A DNA stretch of 64,000 nucleotides from Gammaproteobacteria bacterium. Lineage in GTDB: Bacteria > Pseudomonadota > Gammaproteobacteria > JACCXJ01. Positions 17,278-27,611 of this stretch are shown here, one piece after another. Within the stretch, counting starts at the first letter, position 1, and every line of letters begins with the position of its first letter. The stretch covers positions 5,484 to 69,483 of the forward strand of contig JBOIDL010000001.1 in assembly GCA_050740435.1 (NCBI GenBank), written 5' to 3'. Under the pieces are notes generated by a model. It was not told the DNA's origin and searched no databases. It saw only the letters and a program-made list of their open reading frames with translations. The translations under genes and the position numbers were made by a program.

Positions 17278-18856
17278 CTTCGGCTCCGAAAACGACCCGC
17301 AACGAGAACGCCGCTTTCTCGGGTATATTTAGGTCCTTGGTATCACCGCGCATTTGGCCGCTCGAGCGAGTATCGAGCGGGAGGTTCGCAGCCGTGACCG
17401 AATGGGCTTGGTACTTCGACCGCAACACGTCGCCGAAGCGGTTGATCTGATCTAAAGCGGCCCGGTAATTCCCGTCGAAGGGATAGACATTGGCGGTGAT
17501 CTCCGCGATTTCATAGTAACTGGGCGTTTGACCCGTGCGTGGAACGGGTGGCGCCTGCGGGGCGGCGGCGCCCGCGCTCGCTTGCGGGTCGGTGCTCACC
17601 GTCCACTGGATTTCTTCCAGCCGCAGGGTGGGGAAACCAGCGAGCGCCTGCCCGAGGACCCCCATCCGGCCGAGCGGCGCCGCTTTGTGTTGAGTAAGCG
17701 TATCGACGATGTCCACGGCGGCCTTGATATCGGCGGGGCTGACCGCGGTGGGAGGCAGCCGTCCTTTTTCCTTATCGTAGCGAGCTTGATAGAACGTGGC
17801 TTTTTGTGCCGCATCCCGAGCCAGTTGCCTGACCGACACGGCTTCTATCAGGTTGAACCAGCTCCACAGAGCGCTGCCGAGCAAGGCGATGACGCTCGCC
17901 GCATACAGACCGGCGCGGGTTTGGTGCAGCGTATAGTAACGGCGTTCTTCATTCGAGGCGAAATGGTTCTTCGGTTGGGTGCGCAGCAAGAGGTGCACGA
18001 AGATATGATCGCTAAACGGAGTGGTGAGCACTCCGTGGATCCCGAGACGCCTGGCGACATCGGCGACGTCCAGCAAGTGATAACGTACCGTTTCCGTGTT
18101 GCGGCACGCTTGCTCCAACTGGTCCAATGATTCGCCATGCGCGAGGATATAGGTATCGAGCGGCTCGCCTTTTAGGAGCTGCACGCTGGTGAGGTAGCGC
18201 TCGAACTTCCCCAGCTCCCCGAGGATATACGGGGCGAAGGGCACCGTGCCAAGCCTGGGCAGCTTGGCGAGCCGGCTCATCTTGAGTATCCGGTCGTTGA
18301 AAAAGGACTGCCGCAGCCCGCTCGACCCCTGCATGGTTACGAGCAGCACATGCCGAGACGGGACCTTCATCTTAGCGAGAAGTGACGCGCTTAGAATCGG
18401 CAAGGAGTAGATGCCCGCCAACGCAACCTTGTTTTGGGTGCAAAGCCGGACCCAGGGGATCACGATGTCCGGGTTGACGATGGCGGTGAACATAAGCTTG
18501 TCGTCGCGGCGGCCCTCCGCTTCACGCCCTTGCATCATGACGTGGCAATAAGGGGTGCCGCGGAAGAACCAGGCCTGCTTGCGCTCGATGACCGCTTGAC
18601 GGTCGGACCCGTAGAGATGCGGTATGTTTTCGTGACGGTATTCTTCTTCGACGACGTCGACCATCAGATAAATGGGAACCTTTGGCGTTTCCCTCAGATA
18701 GCGTTCAAAATTGGCCAGCCCGACATCATCGACATCAAACACGAAGGCGTCGGCAATGCCGCCCTTATCCCACTGATAGACCGACACGCCATCGGAGGCG
18801 ATGCAGAGGGCGCGCCGGCGCGCGGAGCTAAAACTTGATCTTAGTGATGAGATCAT
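17264..18856 (-). CDS. MshI-like protein (PilM-like actin-fold N-domain fused to PilN-like TM/periplasmic segment)
   Basis: 530 aa; central TM (LYAASVIALLGSALWSWFNLI) separates a cytoplasmic about 330-aa domain from a periplasmic coiled-coil domain; position and architecture as in msh/pil operons. Confidence 0.5.
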   Translation of the reverse strand: MISSLRSSFSSARRRALCIASDGVSVYQWDKGGIADAFVFDVDDVGLANFERYLRETPKVPIYLMVDVVEEEYRHENIPHLYGSDRQAVIERKQAWFFRGTPYCHVMMQGREAEGRRDDKLMFTAIVNPDIVIPWVRLCTQNKVALAGIYSLPILSASLLAKMKVPSRHVLLVTMQGSSGLRQSFFNDRILKMSRLAKLPRLGTVPFAPYILGELGKFERYLTSVQLLKGEPLDTYILAHGESLDQLEQACRNTETVRYHLLDVADVARRLGIHGVLTTPFSDHIFVHLLLRTQPKNHFASNEERRYYTLHQTRAGLYAASVIALLGSALWSWFNLIEAVSVRQLARDAAQKATFYQARYDKEKGRLPPTAVSPADIKAAVDIVDTLTQHKAAPLGRMGVLGQALAGFPTLRLEEIQWTVSTDPQASAGAAAPQAPPVPRTGQTPSYYEIAEITANVYPFDGNYRAALDQINRFGDVLRSKYQAHSVTAANLPLDTRSSGQMRGDTKDLNIPEKAAFSLRVVFGAEDANG

Positions 18857-20030
18857 AGATCGGGCCCAGTACCGATAAGGCCACCCAGCCTAAAAGCACT
18901 CCGAGCACCAGGGTCATCGCCGGTTGTATGACGGTCTGCAGGCGCTCGATCGACTCGCGTACGTCGCGCGTGTAAAAATAGCTTACGTTTTGCAACGCGG
19001 TCTCGAGCCCCCCGGTGTTCTCGCCCACCCGGAGCATCCGCAATACCAAGGCAGGAAACAAGCCGGTGGCCGCAAAACTGTTGCTTAGGCCGGCGCCGTC
19101 GCTGATGTGACGGGCGGCGCTCCGCAGCGCCTCTTCGATGGCTTTGTTGCCGGCGATCTCCTCGGCCACTTTCAAACACTCCAACACCGTTATCCCAGCA
19201 GCATACATGAGGGCAAAGTAACTGGCTATACGCGTCAGTATAAGTTTCTTGATGATCTGCCCGAATAACGGGATGCGCAGCACGGCGGCATCGAAGGCGA
19301 CATGAAACGCCGGGCTGCGCTTAATCCCGATCAGGATAAGGCTGATGATTAAGACAGGTACTGATACGAATACATACCAAAACTCGACCACGGCATTGGA
19401 GGTGAAGATCAGCACCCGCGTGTGCAGCGGCAGCTCCTGTCCCATTGTCTGAACGAATTTTAGCAGCTCGGGGACGACCAGAATCATCAAAAATACTAAA
19501 GCCGCCAGCGTGATCACGGCGACAAACGCCGGGTACATGAAAAGGCGCTTGGTATAGGCCGCTTGTTCGTCCTGCCACTTCAGGTTTTCGATAACGTTTC
19601 TTAGCACCTGGGTGATCTGGCCCGTGGTCTCGCCGGCTTTGATGAGATTGACGAACACCGCACTAAACACATAGGGAAAATCCCGCATGGCTTCCGAGAG
19701 ATTCTTGCCGCCTTGTATGGACTCGATCATGGCCGAGGTGATTTCCTGGAACCGCCGGTGATCGAGCGTATCGCGCAAATCCGTCAATGCATCGAGCATC
19801 GGCACCCCCGCCTCCAGGAGTTGTTCGAGGTGGAGGCAGAAGGTAATCAAGTCCTTGCGCTTGATACCCGCGCCCGCCGACAAACGAGTCGCTTGAACCT
19901 CCTTGCAATTAACCAGCTCCAATCCGAGGCGGCCGAGGCGCACTTCCAGATCGACCGGGTTGAGCGCATCAAGCTGCCCCTTGATGATGCGGCCGCCGGT
20001 GTCGACGGCTTTATATTGGAACAGATCCAC
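18828..20030 (-). CDS. Type II secretion/type IV pilus platform protein (GspF/PilC/MshG family)
   Basis: 400 aa; duplicated T2SSF domains with the characteristic conserved segments (…GLFPALVLRMLRVGENTGGLETAL…), 3 TM helices. Confidence 0.85.
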   Translation of the reverse strand: MDLFQYKAVDTGGRIIKGQLDALNPVDLEVRLGRLGLELVNCKEVQATRLSAGAGIKRKDLITFCLHLEQLLEAGVPMLDALTDLRDTLDHRRFQEITSAMIESIQGGKNLSEAMRDFPYVFSAVFVNLIKAGETTGQITQVLRNVIENLKWQDEQAAYTKRLFMYPAFVAVITLAALVFLMILVVPELLKFVQTMGQELPLHTRVLIFTSNAVVEFWYVFVSVPVLIISLILIGIKRSPAFHVAFDAAVLRIPLFGQIIKKLILTRIASYFALMYAAGITVLECLKVAEEIAGNKAIEEALRSAARHISDGAGLSNSFAATGLFPALVLRMLRVGENTGGLETALQNVSYFYTRDVRESIERLQTVIQPAMTLVLGVLLGWVALSVLGPIYDLITKIKF

Positions 20031-20032
20031 GA

Positions 20033-21733
20033 TTAGACGCGTTCGGTCAGGTCCACCACGCGCGACACCTCATCCAAGCTCGTCGTACCATCGACGATGC
20101 GGGCGATCCCCGCCTCGGCCAGCGGCTTGAAGCCGCGTTCCAACGCGCACCGGGCGATGTCGCGCATGGTCGCGCCCCGGGCCACGAGCTCGTCGAGGTC
20201 CGGATCGAATTTCAGGACCTCCATGATGGCGGTTCTGCCTTTGTACCCTTGCTGTTCGCAGTAGCCGCAACCGCTCGCGCGGTAGAGTAGAGGCCCCACG
20301 GCTTGCAATCCGAGCAAGCGGCGCTCGACATCGGTGGGGGCGTAAGGTTGCTTACATTTGGCGCAAAGTTTCCGCACCAGGCGCTGCGCCATGATACCGA
20401 TGATGTTTCCGGCCATGATATCGGGCCGGATCCCAAGATCGAGGAGCCTCGGTACGGCCCCGACCGATGAGTTTGTGTGCAAGGTCGAAAATACTTGGTG
20501 TCCGGTCATGGCCGCGCGAAAGGTCATGGAGGCCGTATCCTCGTCGCGGATCTCTCCGACCAGGATGATGTCCGGGTCTTGCCGCAGCATCGACCGTACC
20601 CCGGTCGCGAAATCGAGCCGCACCGATTCGTTCACCGAGGTTTGGCGGATCAAAACCATCGGATATTCCACCGGGTCTTCCAAGGTCATGATATTGGAGG
20701 ATTCGGTGTTGAGGTGATTCAACAACGAATAGAGTGTGGTGGTTTTCCCGCTTCCGGTCGGTCCGGTGATGAGTATAATGCCTTCGGGGCGCGCCACCAT
20801 CATGCGCAGGCGGTTCAACACCTCGGGATCCAGTCCGAGATCCTCCAAGGGAACGAGGCCCTTCTGACGGTCGAGGACTCGCAACACGATGTTCTCGCCG
20901 TGGACCGTGGGCATCGAGGAGACCCGAAAATCGATGGGCCGGCCGGATAAGGTCAAGGAAATGCGCCCGTCTTGGGGGGCGCGCGTCTCCGCGATATCGA
21001 GGTCCGCCATTACCTTTAGGCGCACGGCGATGGCGGACCAATAGTTTTTGTGCAGGCTCCTCACCTGGCGCAATACCCCGTCGATACGGTAACGAAAGCG
21101 TAAAAACCCTTGCTCGGGCTCGAAGTGGATGTCGGAAGCGCCGCGTTTGACCGCATCCGAGAGCAGCGCGTTGACCAAGCGCACGATGGGTTGACTGTAA
21201 GCCTCGCTTTCCGGGTCGAGGCTGTCATAGTCTATCTCCCCGGTTTCGATCTCCTGCAATATGCCATCGACGGATAGCTCGAAACCATAGAACTGATCGA
21301 TGGCCTTCTCGACTTCGTTTTCGCCCGCCAGTAGCGGGACGATCTCGACGTCCCCCCCCAGCAGCGCGTTCAATTGGTCCAGGGCGACGACATTAAAGGT
21401 GTCGGCCATCGCCACGGTTAAACGGTTTCGGTGGATATCGTAGGTGAGGGGAAGGACGCGGTAACGCCGCGCCATTTCCTTGGGAAGCAGCTTGATGGCT
21501 TCGCTTTCCACGACGACATTGGAGAGATCCGTGCTCTGCTGACCGAGCGCGCCGCCCACGACATCGCGAATGACGGCCTCGGTGGCGAAACCGAGACGTA
21601 CGAGAATCTTGCCGAGGTGCTCCTTGCGCTTTTTCTGCTCCGTTAACGCAATCCGTATTTGATCCGCACTGACAACACCCTTAAGTACCAGCAGTTCCCC
21701 GATGCGGCTTGGCGGCTCCTTGGTGAGATTCAC
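20033..21733 (-). CDS. MshE-type pilus assembly ATPase (GspE family) with N-terminal MshEN c-di-GMP-binding domain
   Basis: 566 aa; N-terminus has tandem MshEN motifs RIGELLVLKGVVSADQIRIALTEQ and HLGKILVRLGFATEAVIRDVV; C-terminal Walker A GPTGSGKT, Asp box, His box, and tetracysteine (CAKCK…CGYC). Confidence 0.9.
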   Translation of the reverse strand: MNLTKEPPSRIGELLVLKGVVSADQIRIALTEQKKRKEHLGKILVRLGFATEAVIRDVVGGALGQQSTDLSNVVVESEAIKLLPKEMARRYRVLPLTYDIHRNRLTVAMADTFNVVALDQLNALLGGDVEIVPLLAGENEVEKAIDQFYGFELSVDGILQEIETGEIDYDSLDPESEAYSQPIVRLVNALLSDAVKRGASDIHFEPEQGFLRFRYRIDGVLRQVRSLHKNYWSAIAVRLKVMADLDIAETRAPQDGRISLTLSGRPIDFRVSSMPTVHGENIVLRVLDRQKGLVPLEDLGLDPEVLNRLRMMVARPEGIILITGPTGSGKTTTLYSLLNHLNTESSNIMTLEDPVEYPMVLIRQTSVNESVRLDFATGVRSMLRQDPDIILVGEIRDEDTASMTFRAAMTGHQVFSTLHTNSSVGAVPRLLDLGIRPDIMAGNIIGIMAQRLVRKLCAKCKQPYAPTDVERRLLGLQAVGPLLYRASGCGYCEQQGYKGRTAIMEVLKFDPDLDELVARGATMRDIARCALERGFKPLAEAGIARIVDGTTSLDEVSRVVDLTERV

Positions 21734-21735
21734 AT

Positions 21736-23292
21736 TCAGTCACTGCTTGGCGGATGCGACAGGGTCTGTATTCTAGAGAGGACTTGGGAGGTATTGAAGT
21801 TAACCGATCGTCTGTCGGCCAGAACCAGCGCCTGGCGGTAATAATCCACGGCCGGCTTGGCCTGGCCCATCCGGTCCAGGCTGACCGCGAGATTGAATAC
21901 GTAATCGGGATTCCGGGATTCGGTGCCAAAGGCCTTAAAGTAGGCTTCCTGGGCTTCGGCCCAGCGTCCCTGCCGCGCATAAAGGTTGCCGAGGCTGAAA
22001 TGGATTTGTCCCGCCTGGGGGGCCTCGTCGAGCAAGAGTTTGAGCTTTGACTCGCTAAGCTCGTAGCCGGCCGCGCCTTGCAGTCCCGAAAGTGCGGCAT
22101 GCGCCACGCTATCGCGCGGGTTGATCTGAAGTAGCCGTCCGTAATAGCGCTGGGCTTGCGCGGTTTGGCCATGACGCGCGGCGACCGCGGCCATTCCCAA
22201 CAACGCATCGCGTTGTTCGGGTTGGCCGCTCAGCACGGTCCGATAGATGCGTTCGGCGCGGCGGTAGTCTCCGCGCTGGTAGGCCCGATAGGCATCGGTG
22301 ATATCGGAATCGACCAGATCACGGCGGCGGCTCTTGGTGATCTTGATCGCACTCGGTTCGGCAACCATTCCCGCCACGCTGGCCGGTAAGTCCGCTCGTA
22401 TTGGTAGCGGTTCAGGCTGCTGCTCCGGTGGTGCCATTGCGGAACGAGCGAGTGGCTCCTGTGAGCCTGCTGGAGCTTCTTGAGGCGGCGAACCTCGTTC
22501 CTGCGCCGGCTCGGCCAACCCGCCGCTGGCCTCCTCGGCCGGAGTAGATGAGATCGGGGGAGTAGCGGTGACAGGGTCGCTCACATCGGTCGGTGTAGAC
22601 ACCGGCCCTGCGGGCGGAGCCTGCTGCTCAGGTCTGGACGTGCTCATCGCGGTTTGGGGCGGCATAGATGTGCTGCTGTCGGGATCCGTAATCGAGCCGC
22701 CTTGCTCGATCTCGCCCCAGAACCACAACGCGCCTAATGACGCGCTCAGCACTAAAATCACCCCAAGACCTAGGCCGACCGTACTCGTAATCGGCGTACG
22801 CCGCGTCGCCGTGAATACGGTATCCGCGGAAACCCGGGCGATCGTGTCACCCGTCTTAAACGAGCCGCTCGTGGATAAGCCCGGTTCCGGACGCGAACGG
22901 TCGCCACTCTGCGAGGAGTCAAAATAATCCTTGAGCGACGCATTGATAGCGCGTTGCGACGGCAGGGTGGCTTCTTTATCGTAAGCGGTCGGGGGAATGT
23001 CACCGGAAATGCTTGGCGATGATCCCGAAAGGGGCAAGCTACTATCTAGCGAAACGTCCATCGGGTCGCCCATTAGCGTTAAATCGGACGCCTCTCCTGC
23101 CGGTATCTGTTCACCCTGACTCCTGTCGCCGGGCGGCTCGGCACCCGCCTCGGCAACGGGAATATCGAGGCTTGGCTCATCGTGCGTGCCGGCTCCGGCT
23201 TCCTCGCCGGCAGCGAGGTTCGCTTTTAAATCCTCCGCCGCCTTCTTTTTTTCTTGTTCGGCCCTTTTTAAGGCATCCATCAATAGGCTCAT
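21736..23292 (-). CDS. TPR-repeat pilus biogenesis protein (MshN-like) with long Pro/Ser-rich low-complexity linker and one TM
   Basis: 518 aa; begins MSLLMDALKRAEQ (MshN-like start), TM GLGLGVILVLSASLGALWFW, C-terminal TPRs (…AYRAYQRGDYRRAERIYRTVL…). Confidence 0.6.
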   Translation of the reverse strand: MSLLMDALKRAEQEKKKAAEDLKANLAAGEEAGAGTHDEPSLDIPVAEAGAEPPGDRSQGEQIPAGEASDLTLMGDPMDVSLDSSLPLSGSSPSISGDIPPTAYDKEATLPSQRAINASLKDYFDSSQSGDRSRPEPGLSTSGSFKTGDTIARVSADTVFTATRRTPITSTVGLGLGVILVLSASLGALWFWGEIEQGGSITDPDSSTSMPPQTAMSTSRPEQQAPPAGPVSTPTDVSDPVTATPPISSTPAEEASGGLAEPAQERGSPPQEAPAGSQEPLARSAMAPPEQQPEPLPIRADLPASVAGMVAEPSAIKITKSRRRDLVDSDITDAYRAYQRGDYRRAERIYRTVLSGQPEQRDALLGMAAVAARHGQTAQAQRYYGRLLQINPRDSVAHAALSGLQGAAGYELSESKLKLLLDEAPQAGQIHFSLGNLYARQGRWAEAQEAYFKAFGTESRNPDYVFNLAVSLDRMGQAKPAVDYYRQALVLADRRSVNFNTSQVLSRIQTLSHPPSSD

Positions 23293-23378
23293 ATGCTAGC
23301 CCCTTGTTTCTTACCGGCTCACGGAAACGATTCTATGAACGACTGGAATATACGACATTTCGCGTCACGTTAAACGGC

Positions 23379-25019
23379 TTAATACAGAGTATTCGATTCG
23401 ACGCGCTCCTCGAGGTACGAGCGGTAACCCGCGAGATCCCCCTCGAGGCTCGGATTCCGAATCACCAACGGCCGCAGGAAGATCACCAACTCGGACTTAT
23501 CGTAGTCGTTGGAGCGGCTGCGAAACAAACTGTCCCCGAGCAGCGGGATATCGGAAAGCAGCGGAATGCTGTTGGAAACCTGCTCCACCGTGTCCTGCAT
23601 CAAGCCGCCGAGCACGGCGATCTGGCCGTTATTGATCTGCAGCACCGATTCCATCTCCTGCACTTGAATCTCGGGAACTTGGTTTTGTATCGTGCCGAGC
23701 TCCGGGTTGGGATCGGGCACAAAACGCGATACCCTGGAGATCGTCGGTCTAACATTGAGCGTCACGGCATCGTTTTCGTTGATCTGCGGAGTCACCGTCA
23801 TCACTAATCCCACCGGTACGGTCTTCGCCGTGGTGTCTACGGCGGGGTCGGTCACGACCCCCAAGGATATCGCCCCAGCCTCGACATCCACCTCGAAATA
23901 GACGACGTTCTGGACCACCTTGAGCACGGCCGTCTGGTTGTTGAGGGTCATGATCTTGGGGCTCGAAAGCACCTTGATGTCGCCGAAGGTCCGCAGCAGT
24001 TGCACGGCGATACTGATGTTCTTCCCGCTGGCATCGCTATCCAAATAACCCAATATCAACGAAGCTGCAGCAGCCTGTGGAATAGCGCTGGACAGGGCTG
24101 TGAGGTTTGGATCAATCTGAATGCCAGAACCGCCCGGGGCGTTCTGTAACACCTGCCAATCGATTCCTTGTTGATACTGATCGTTCAAGGTCACCTCGAC
24201 GACCGTGGCTTCGACGAGAACCTGGCGCTGGGCATTCGCCAGCACCTTGTCTAGAAACGACTGCACGGCGGCATGCTGCTTCGACGTCGCGCGCACGGTC
24301 AGGATCCCGCTCTCCGGGTTGGGAATGACCGATCCGGTCACCGGTATATCGCCCTGGCCCGCGGCGCCCCCGGCGGCGGTCTCCCCGACCAGCGCTTGAA
24401 TATTGCGCGTCAGGGTCAGCCAAAACCGGTTGTTGGCGGTATTGGTGATCGAGCTCGTGGAGTTATTACTGCCCCCGCCCCCCCCGCCCCCACCACCGCC
24501 TCCGATGTCACTCGTCCCCGTGGTCGCGATCTGAGTGGCGACATCGATGGTGCCCTTGCTTTCGCGGGTGAGATTGACGTAATCCACCCGGTAGGTGCGG
24601 AGATAAGGCCGATCCGGGCTCACGATGATGTTCTTGCCCTGGATTTCAAACCGCACGTCCGCCTGGCGCGCGATGCGATCGAGGATCTGCGGCAGGGTCT
24701 GGTCGATTGCGTTCAGGGTCACGAACCCCTCGATCCCGGGATCGATATCGACATTCACTTGCGCGTCCCGCGCCAGTGCGAACAGCAACTCCTTGACCGG
24801 CACCTCATTCACCACGACCGTGTATTTCTCGAGATCGGGCGCCGGCTCGGGCCGAGGCAGCAACGGTACTTTGTCCACGACCGGTGGAATGTCTTGCGTT
24901 TGGCGGTTGTCCTCCACGCGCAGGTGCCCGGTCGACGGGACCGGAGGCGGCGGGACGAGGGCGCTGCAAGCCATGAGGCTCGCGAGGCCGGTGAGGGCGA
25001 CTATTCCCCGAATACTCAT
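23379..25019 (-). CDS. Secretin (GspD/PilQ/MshL family), probable lipoprotein
   Basis: 546 aa; lipobox LMAC; poly-Gly linker; C-terminal secretin domain (…IPLLSDIPLLGDSLFRSRSNDYDKSELVIFLRPLVI…). Confidence 0.85.
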   Translation of the reverse strand: MSIRGIVALTGLASLMACSALVPPPPVPSTGHLRVEDNRQTQDIPPVVDKVPLLPRPEPAPDLEKYTVVVNEVPVKELLFALARDAQVNVDIDPGIEGFVTLNAIDQTLPQILDRIARQADVRFEIQGKNIIVSPDRPYLRTYRVDYVNLTRESKGTIDVATQIATTGTSDIGGGGGGGGGGGSNNSTSSITNTANNRFWLTLTRNIQALVGETAAGGAAGQGDIPVTGSVIPNPESGILTVRATSKQHAAVQSFLDKVLANAQRQVLVEATVVEVTLNDQYQQGIDWQVLQNAPGGSGIQIDPNLTALSSAIPQAAAASLILGYLDSDASGKNISIAVQLLRTFGDIKVLSSPKIMTLNNQTAVLKVVQNVVYFEVDVEAGAISLGVVTDPAVDTTAKTVPVGLVMTVTPQINENDAVTLNVRPTISRVSRFVPDPNPELGTIQNQVPEIQVQEMESVLQINNGQIAVLGGLMQDTVEQVSNSIPLLSDIPLLGDSLFRSRSNDYDKSELVIFLRPLVIRNPSLEGDLAGYRSYLEERVESNTLY

Positions 25020-25197
25020 AATGTTATCCCCTCGAACCTGAGTTCGAGCTCTCGCTGAAGTTTAATAAACGAGAATCTTATTTATAAGCATAAAGTTAGT
25101 GTAATGTTTTTAGAACAAATATTAAATAGCACCGTCGCGCGCCCTTCGCGCCCGCGCCACGGGTGCGGGTAGCGCATGACGGGCGTGCCGTGCCTAA

Positions 25198-25680
25198 TTA
25201 ATCGTTACCGGCGAAGACTAAAGGCGCCAGTTCCGTTAGTGCCTTTTCGTAGACGGAGCGTTTAAAAAATACGACCTCTCGTAGGGGATGCCAATAATGC
25301 ACCCATTGCCAGCGATCGAATTCCGGCCGTGGGGCCACATCCAGGCGCACGTCCGTCTCCGTGCCAATGAGCCGTAACATGAACCAGATCTGTTTTTGGC
25401 CGATGCACACAGGCCTCTTATCGTAGCGGACATAGCGTTTAGGGAGCCGGTAGCGCAACCACGCGCGGGTGCATCCGGCGAGCTCCACGTGCTCGGGCTC
25501 GAGGCCCACCTCTTCCTTAAGCTCTCGAAACATCGCCATCTGGGGGGTTTCGTGGCGCTTTATGCCGCCTTGGGGAAACTGCCAGGCGTCCATGCCCACG
25601 CGCCGCGCCCAAAAGACCTGAGCGTCGCGATTGCTTAGAATGATTCCCACATTTAACCTAAAACCGTGACCGTCTATCAT
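25198..25680 (-). CDS. rppH: RNA pyrophosphohydrolase (Nudix)
   Basis: 160 aa; Nudix box [23 protein letters not shown]; N-terminus [15 protein letters not shown] typical of RppH/NudH. Confidence 0.85.
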   Translation of the reverse strand: MIDGHGFRLNVGIILSNRDAQVFWARRVGMDAWQFPQGGIKRHETPQMAMFRELKEEVGLEPEHVELAGCTRAWLRYRLPKRYVRYDKRPVCIGQKQIWFMLRLIGTETDVRLDVAPRPEFDRWQWVHYWHPLREVVFFKRSVYEKALTELAPLVFAGND

Positions 25681-25781
25681 GACTCACCGCCAGCATCCGA
25701 TTGAATTCGTCCGTAAATTCGCAAGCTTACACCTTGCTTGAAATTGTAACACACTTAATCCTTAGTCCTTAGTCGCAGGGA

Positions 25782-26435
25782 ATGACTTTAGCAATTTTCG
25801 ATCTTGATAACACGCTCATCGGCGGCGACAGCGACACACTCTGGGGAGAGTTCTTGACCGAGGAAGGTATCGTTCAAAAAGACGACTATGAGCGCCGCCA
25901 TGAACAGTATTACCGAGATTACTTGAACGGTGCGCTGGATATCTTCGCGTTTTTGGGTTTTCAGTTGGAAGTTTTAGCGCAGCATGATGCCGATACGCTG
26001 CGCGCGTGGCGCGGACAATATATCGAACGAAAAATCAAGCCGATCGTGCTTCCCAAAGCGCGAGCGTTATTGCACACGCATCGCGCCAAGGGCGACACGC
26101 TGCTCATCGTCACCGCCACCAATCGATTTCTCACCGAGCCCATCGCCGCATTACTGGACGTCGAGCATCTCATCGCGACCGAGCCTGAGATCATCGGCGG
26201 ACGCTACTCCGGTCGTGTGTGTGGAACGCCGGCATTTGCCGCCGGCAAGGTGGTGCGCTTATCCGACTGGCTGGTTAAACAGGGGACAAGCTATGCCGAG
26301 ACCTGGTTCTACAGCGATTCCCACAATGACTTGCCGCTGCTGCATGCGGTCACATATCCCGTCGCGGTGGATCCGGACGCGACGCTGGCGCAGGCCGCGA
26401 GCATCAATCGCTGGCCGGTGATTAGCCTGCGTTAA
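25782..26435 (+). CDS. HAD-IB family hydrolase
   Basis: 217 aa; motif I FDLDNTL, motif III/IV …YSDSHNDLPLL…; conserved neighbour of rppH in gammaproteobacteria. Confidence 0.75.
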   Translation: MTLAIFDLDNTLIGGDSDTLWGEFLTEEGIVQKDDYERRHEQYYRDYLNGALDIFAFLGFQLEVLAQHDADTLRAWRGQYIERKIKPIVLPKARALLHTHRAKGDTLLIVTATNRFLTEPIAALLDVEHLIATEPEIIGGRYSGRVCGTPAFAAGKVVRLSDWLVKQGTSYAETWFYSDSHNDLPLLHAVTYPVAVDPDATLAQAASINRWPVISLR

Positions 26436-26436
26436 G

Positions 26437-26467
26437 GCGTGCTCGCCACACTTTTGCAGAGCTTTCC
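26437..26467 (+). mobile_element. Solo right-end fragment of MITE family A (…GTGCTCGCCACACTTTTGCAGAGCTTTCC) between the HAD and mdh stops
   Basis: About 30 nt matching the right end of the 27469-27611 copy, followed by TAA. The mdh stop codon (TAG on the minus strand) overlaps its last base. Confidence 0.35.
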
Positions 26468-27450
26468 TAATGGCCTAAAAGCTTCTCGACCGCGTCCCGT
26501 TCTTCTTCCAGTTCCTTGCGGGTGATCTCCATGCGCGCGCGGCTAAACTCATCGATGCCGAGACCCTGGACAATGCTGTAGCCGCCGTCCCGCGTGGTCA
26601 CAGGGAATGAATAGATCAAACCGGGCGCAATGCCATAGCTCCCGTCACTCGCAACCGCCATGCTGGTCCAATCATCCGCCGGGGTTCCCATCACCCAATC
26701 GCGCATGTGCTCGATGGCCGCATTCGCGGCTGATGCCGCGCTCGAGGCGCCGCGCGCGGCGATAACCTCCGCTCCCCGTTTCGCGACCCGAGGAATGAAT
26801 TCATCCGCTAACCAGCGCTGCTCTATCGAGTCCTTGGCCGGCCGGCCGCGAATCAAGGCGTGGCTGATGTCGGGATACTGGGTGGTCGAGTGATTCCCCC
26901 AAATGGCTAGTTTCCTGATTTCCGTGACTTTGCAGCCGGCCTTTTGCGCCAACTGGGCGATGGCCCGATTGTGATCCAAGCGCGTCAGCGCCGAGAAGTT
27001 CGTCGCATTGATGTCCGGAGCGCTGCGCATTGCCGTTAAAGCATTGGTGTTCGCTGGATTGCCGACCACCAATACCTTGACCTCTCGCTGCGCGTGCTCA
27101 TTGAGGGCCCGGCCTTGTATCTGGAAGATCCCCCCGTTCGCGGCGAGTAGATCGCTGCGCTCCATGCCGGGACCACGGGGCCTGGCGCCCACGAGCAAGG
27201 CATAGGCGGTTCCCCGAAACGCGACCTTGAGATCGTCGGTAATGACGACGTCATCGAGAAGCGGAAACGCGCAGTCCATCAGCTCCATCGCGACGCCTTC
27301 CAGCACCTTCAAGGCGGGCGTTATGTCCAGTAACCGCAAGCATACCGGCTGGTTCGGTCCCAGCATCTCTCCGGCGGCGATGCGAAACAGCAATGCGTAA
27401 CCGATCTGGCCGGCGGCCCCAGTGACCGTAATTTGCACGGGTTGCTTCAT
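26467..27450 (-). CDS. mdh: Malate dehydrogenase (NAD-dependent, LDH-like 327-aa type)
   Basis: N-terminal Rossmann [17 protein letters not shown], catalytic …[12 protein letters not shown]…; full-length. Confidence 0.9.
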   Translation of the reverse strand: MKQPVQITVTGAAGQIGYALLFRIAAGEMLGPNQPVCLRLLDITPALKVLEGVAMELMDCAFPLLDDVVITDDLKVAFRGTAYALLVGARPRGPGMERSDLLAANGGIFQIQGRALNEHAQREVKVLVVGNPANTNALTAMRSAPDINATNFSALTRLDHNRAIAQLAQKAGCKVTEIRKLAIWGNHSTTQYPDISHALIRGRPAKDSIEQRWLADEFIPRVAKRGAEVIAARGASSAASAANAAIEHMRDWVMGTPADDWTSMAVASDGSYGIAPGLIYSFPVTTRDGGYSIVQGLGIDEFSRARMEITRKELEEERDAVEKLLGH

Positions 27451-27468
27451 TGGCTCTCTCGCTTTTTA

Positions 27469-27611
27469 GGGAAGCTTACAAAAGTCACTGCGCAGCCCAT
27501 CTGCTTTGTCGCGTGCTCGCTCGTCGCTCGCCTATCTACCTGATATGTCTCGCGACTCGCTCCGCGGCTTCGCGCATCTGGGCTTGCTCGCGACACTTTT
27601 GCAGAGCTTCC
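27469..27611 (-). mobile_element. MITE-like element family A, full copy (about 143 bp) with imperfect terminal inverted repeats GGGAAGCTTACAAAAGT … ACTTTTGCAGAGCTTCC
   Basis: Its ends are inverted repeats of each other, and its core is the reverse complement of 951-1023. It is flanked by TTA on both sides (27466-68 and 27612-14), and the right TTA is the gltA stop codon (TAA, minus strand). Confidence 0.5.

Noticed and set aside
20352-21041. 229-aa ORF 20352..21041(-) and other ORFs (20358..20717+, 20477..20950+) inside the MshE ATPase gene
   Set aside because: Alternative-frame or antisense ORFs within a confidently assigned GspE-family gene; translations are Arg/Pro/His low-complexity.
25030-25195. 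Possible terminator or palindrome GCGCCCGCGCCACGGGTGCGGGTAGCGC downstream of rppH
   Set aside because: Only 5-bp stems and no U-tract. The AT-rich stretch is more simply the promoter region of the secretin operon.
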